Assembly: GCA_051013385.1 (NCBI GenBank)
Contig: CP143273.1
Coordinates: forward strand, 640,001 to 704,000
Source of the DNA: Phormidium sp.
Lineage (GTDB): Bacteria; Cyanobacteriota; Cyanobacteriia; Cyanobacteriales; Aerosakkonemataceae
Length of the DNA: 64,000 nucleotides
Direction: 5' to 3'
Shown: piece by piece, positions 62,352 to 64,000 of the stretch
Layout: each line of letters begins with the position of its first letter
How positions within the stretch are numbered: position 1 is the stretch's first letter
Made by a program: the position numbers and the translations under genes
Notes under the pieces: generated by a model
Databases searched by the model: none
What the model was told of the DNA's origin: nothing
What the model saw: only the letters and a program-made list of their open reading frames with translations

Positions 62352-62604
62352 CCCGTTACAGTCGCCAGACTTAACGGCGATATGACAGAATACATTCTTG
62401 TCCTGAGTGTGGGTACACAACAAATCGTGATGTTGCTGCTTCGCAAGTAATTAGAAATCGTGGTATAAATGCCGCCTTTGCAGACGGTGGATTGAAAATG
62501 CTTGTTGACTCGTTCTGACGGGGATTAGCGTCAGCTAGTCTAGTTAAGTGGGGATGAAACCAGAATCTCCCGTTAATCCTACGGATTAACGGCGAGAGTG
62601 TCAA
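62352..62604 (+). mobile_element. Miniature IS200/IS605-type derivative: tnpB 3' fragment plus right end (putative omegaRNA scaffold)
   Basis: Encodes RIHSCPECGYTTNRDVAASQVIRNRG (TnpB zinc finger/RuvC-III). Ends in AGAATCTCCCGTTAATCCTACGGATTAACGGCGAGAGTGTCAA, like the right end at 53005. A similar CCGTTA...TAACGG hairpin lies at the left. Confidence 0.8.
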
Positions 62605-63725
62605 TTTTTCAGGTATGGCTTGAAGCGATCGATCCCTGAGAGCCACTCAACGGAACGACGGCAACCTTCGTCAAAAGACACAATTGGCTCATAGCCCAAC
62701 AACTTCTCTGCTTTAGTAAAAGGTAGTTGATATTGAGACTGTTGTAAGATCGACATCATCTCTGTTACTACTGGTTCTCCCTTTGGAATCACGGCTGGGA
62801 CTACTGGGGCTGGCTCTGGTGCTGGTGCTGGTGCTGGCTGCTCTGATTTGGGTTTTGACCGCTTTAACTTTTGTTTGAGATCCTCTGGGATCATGGCTAA
62901 ACTTTTTTGCACAAATACTGATTCGCGGATCGAACCGATCAATTGTTTTTTCCGGCTATGGGTAAACGCTGGAACTGTCGGTGATGGCAACTGCGTTGGA
63001 TCGACTCCAAAAGCTTCGGCAAAGGGACGGTAAAAATCGAACCAAGTTACCCGTTCGCGATCGCCTGCAAAAAATGCCTCTCCATCTGCCTCTTTTGCCG
63101 TCATAGCTAACCGCATGGCATGAATTAGGTTATCAATATAGACGCTATTGCAGATTCCTTTACCTCCATCGATCAAATAAGCCCTACCTTGAATTAGCTG
63201 ATCGGCTAATTCTGTCACCCAACGCGATCGCGGCCCAAACACAATCCCCGGTCGAAAAATCACCACCTCAACCGATCCTGTTTGGTGCAGTTGCAATAGT
63301 TGGCGTTCCGCATCGATTTTGGCGGTATGGGTGGGAAAGTTGGGTTGATTTGTAATTGGTGGAGTAGCTTCCGTTGTCCCAGGTGCGGGAGCCGAGGTAT
63401 GGACAATCATCGAACTAAGATAAATAATCCGGCGCACTCCGACTTTTTCGGCTGCTTTGTAAGTGGGAGCAACTGTACCCCGGATCAGTCCTGGAGTCCC
63501 CAAAATTGACTGAATAACCACATCACATCCTTTAAAGGCTGATTCTAAGGATGATTGGCTAAAGGAATTAGCAATCCGGCAATCTAATTTATGGTGGGCT
63601 AGTTTTTCCAAGCTACTCTGAGAGTGAACGATCGGGCGAACTTCTGAAGTTCCTTCGACATTCAGCATTTCCACTGCTCGAGTGCCAACAAATCCTGTGG
63701 CTCCCACTATTCCAATTCGCATCAT
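62601..63725 (-). CDS. NAD-dependent epimerase/dehydratase family protein
   Basis: Motifs GATGFVG, IYLSS, FRPGIVFGP, VYIDNL and AEKLLGYEP. Confidence 0.9.
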   Translation of the reverse strand: MMRIGIVGATGFVGTRAVEMLNVEGTSEVRPIVHSQSSLEKLAHHKLDCRIANSFSQSSLESAFKGCDVVIQSILGTPGLIRGTVAPTYKAAEKVGVRRIIYLSSMIVHTSAPAPGTTEATPPITNQPNFPTHTAKIDAERQLLQLHQTGSVEVVIFRPGIVFGPRSRWVTELADQLIQGRAYLIDGGKGICNSVYIDNLIHAMRLAMTAKEADGEAFFAGDRERVTWFDFYRPFAEAFGVDPTQLPSPTVPAFTHSRKKQLIGSIRESVFVQKSLAMIPEDLKQKLKRSKPKSEQPAPAPAPEPAPVVPAVIPKGEPVVTEMMSILQQSQYQLPFTKAEKLLGYEPIVSFDEGCRRSVEWLSGIDRFKPYLKN

Positions 63726-63857
63726 TTTCCTGCACTTTGTAACTTATGACTCAACATTAATTCATTAAAAAAGGGAACCAGATCTTGCAGCAATGGAGGT
63801 AGAACCTCCCTCTCCCTCGTTCCCTGGTTGAACCAGGGAACGAGAAATTAAGGAAAT

Positions 63858-63930
63858 TCCCCCATCCCCCCATCCCCCCATCCCCCCATCCCCCCATCCC
63901 CCCATCTCCCCATCCCCCCATCCCCCCATC
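63858..63930. repeat. STRR-like tandem repeat (CCCCCCAT)n
   Basis: About 9 copies of an 8-mer with minor variants. Confidence 0.9.
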
Positions 63931-64000
63931 TCTTCTTAACAGGTTGTCATTACTGGGAGCGTCAGACTCGGCAGCGAATTCAACTGTACTACTTGCCCGG

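Noticed and set aside
63936..64000. Possible 3' end of a minus-strand CDS at the window edge
   Set aside because: Only about 20 codons are visible, too few to identify.

Overview
Cyanobacterial chromosomal DNA: the HIP1 octamer GCGATCGC is frequent, and psb34, ndhP, btpA and STRR-type repeats are present. The window has two parts. The accessory half (1 to ~35.6 kb) begins with the adaptation/ancillary end of a type III-like CRISPR-Cas locus: Csx3-Csx3-P-loop fusion, WYL regulator, HD hydrolase, an array of about 114 repeats transcribed from the minus strand, cas2, cas1 and a reverse transcriptase. RT and Cas1 are joined by a -1 frame change at an A9 run. No cas10/cmr/csm genes are in the window. 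Next comes decayed DNA (WYL remnant, frameshifted GFA gene, group II intron 3' end), then a 12.4 kb co-oriented five-gene cluster of unknown function (1445 aa LamG-containing protein, small putative chaperone, tail-fibre-like protein, DUF6603-like protein, 650 aa protein), bounded on the right by an XisF-like serine recombinase relic. The core half holds moaE, pyrB, a hybrid kinase, mgtE with a candidate leader peptide, ndhP, tRNA-Lys, fbaA, nadB, mltA, a CHASE2 diguanylate cyclase, VKOR and btpA, plus a tnpB-only IS, a mini TnpB/omegaRNA-like element and a MITE. Best novelty candidates: the five-gene cluster, the slippage-joined RT-Cas1, and the strand-biased spacers that repeatedly hit diverged homologues. 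All family assignments come from motif recognition by eye; no database searches were run.
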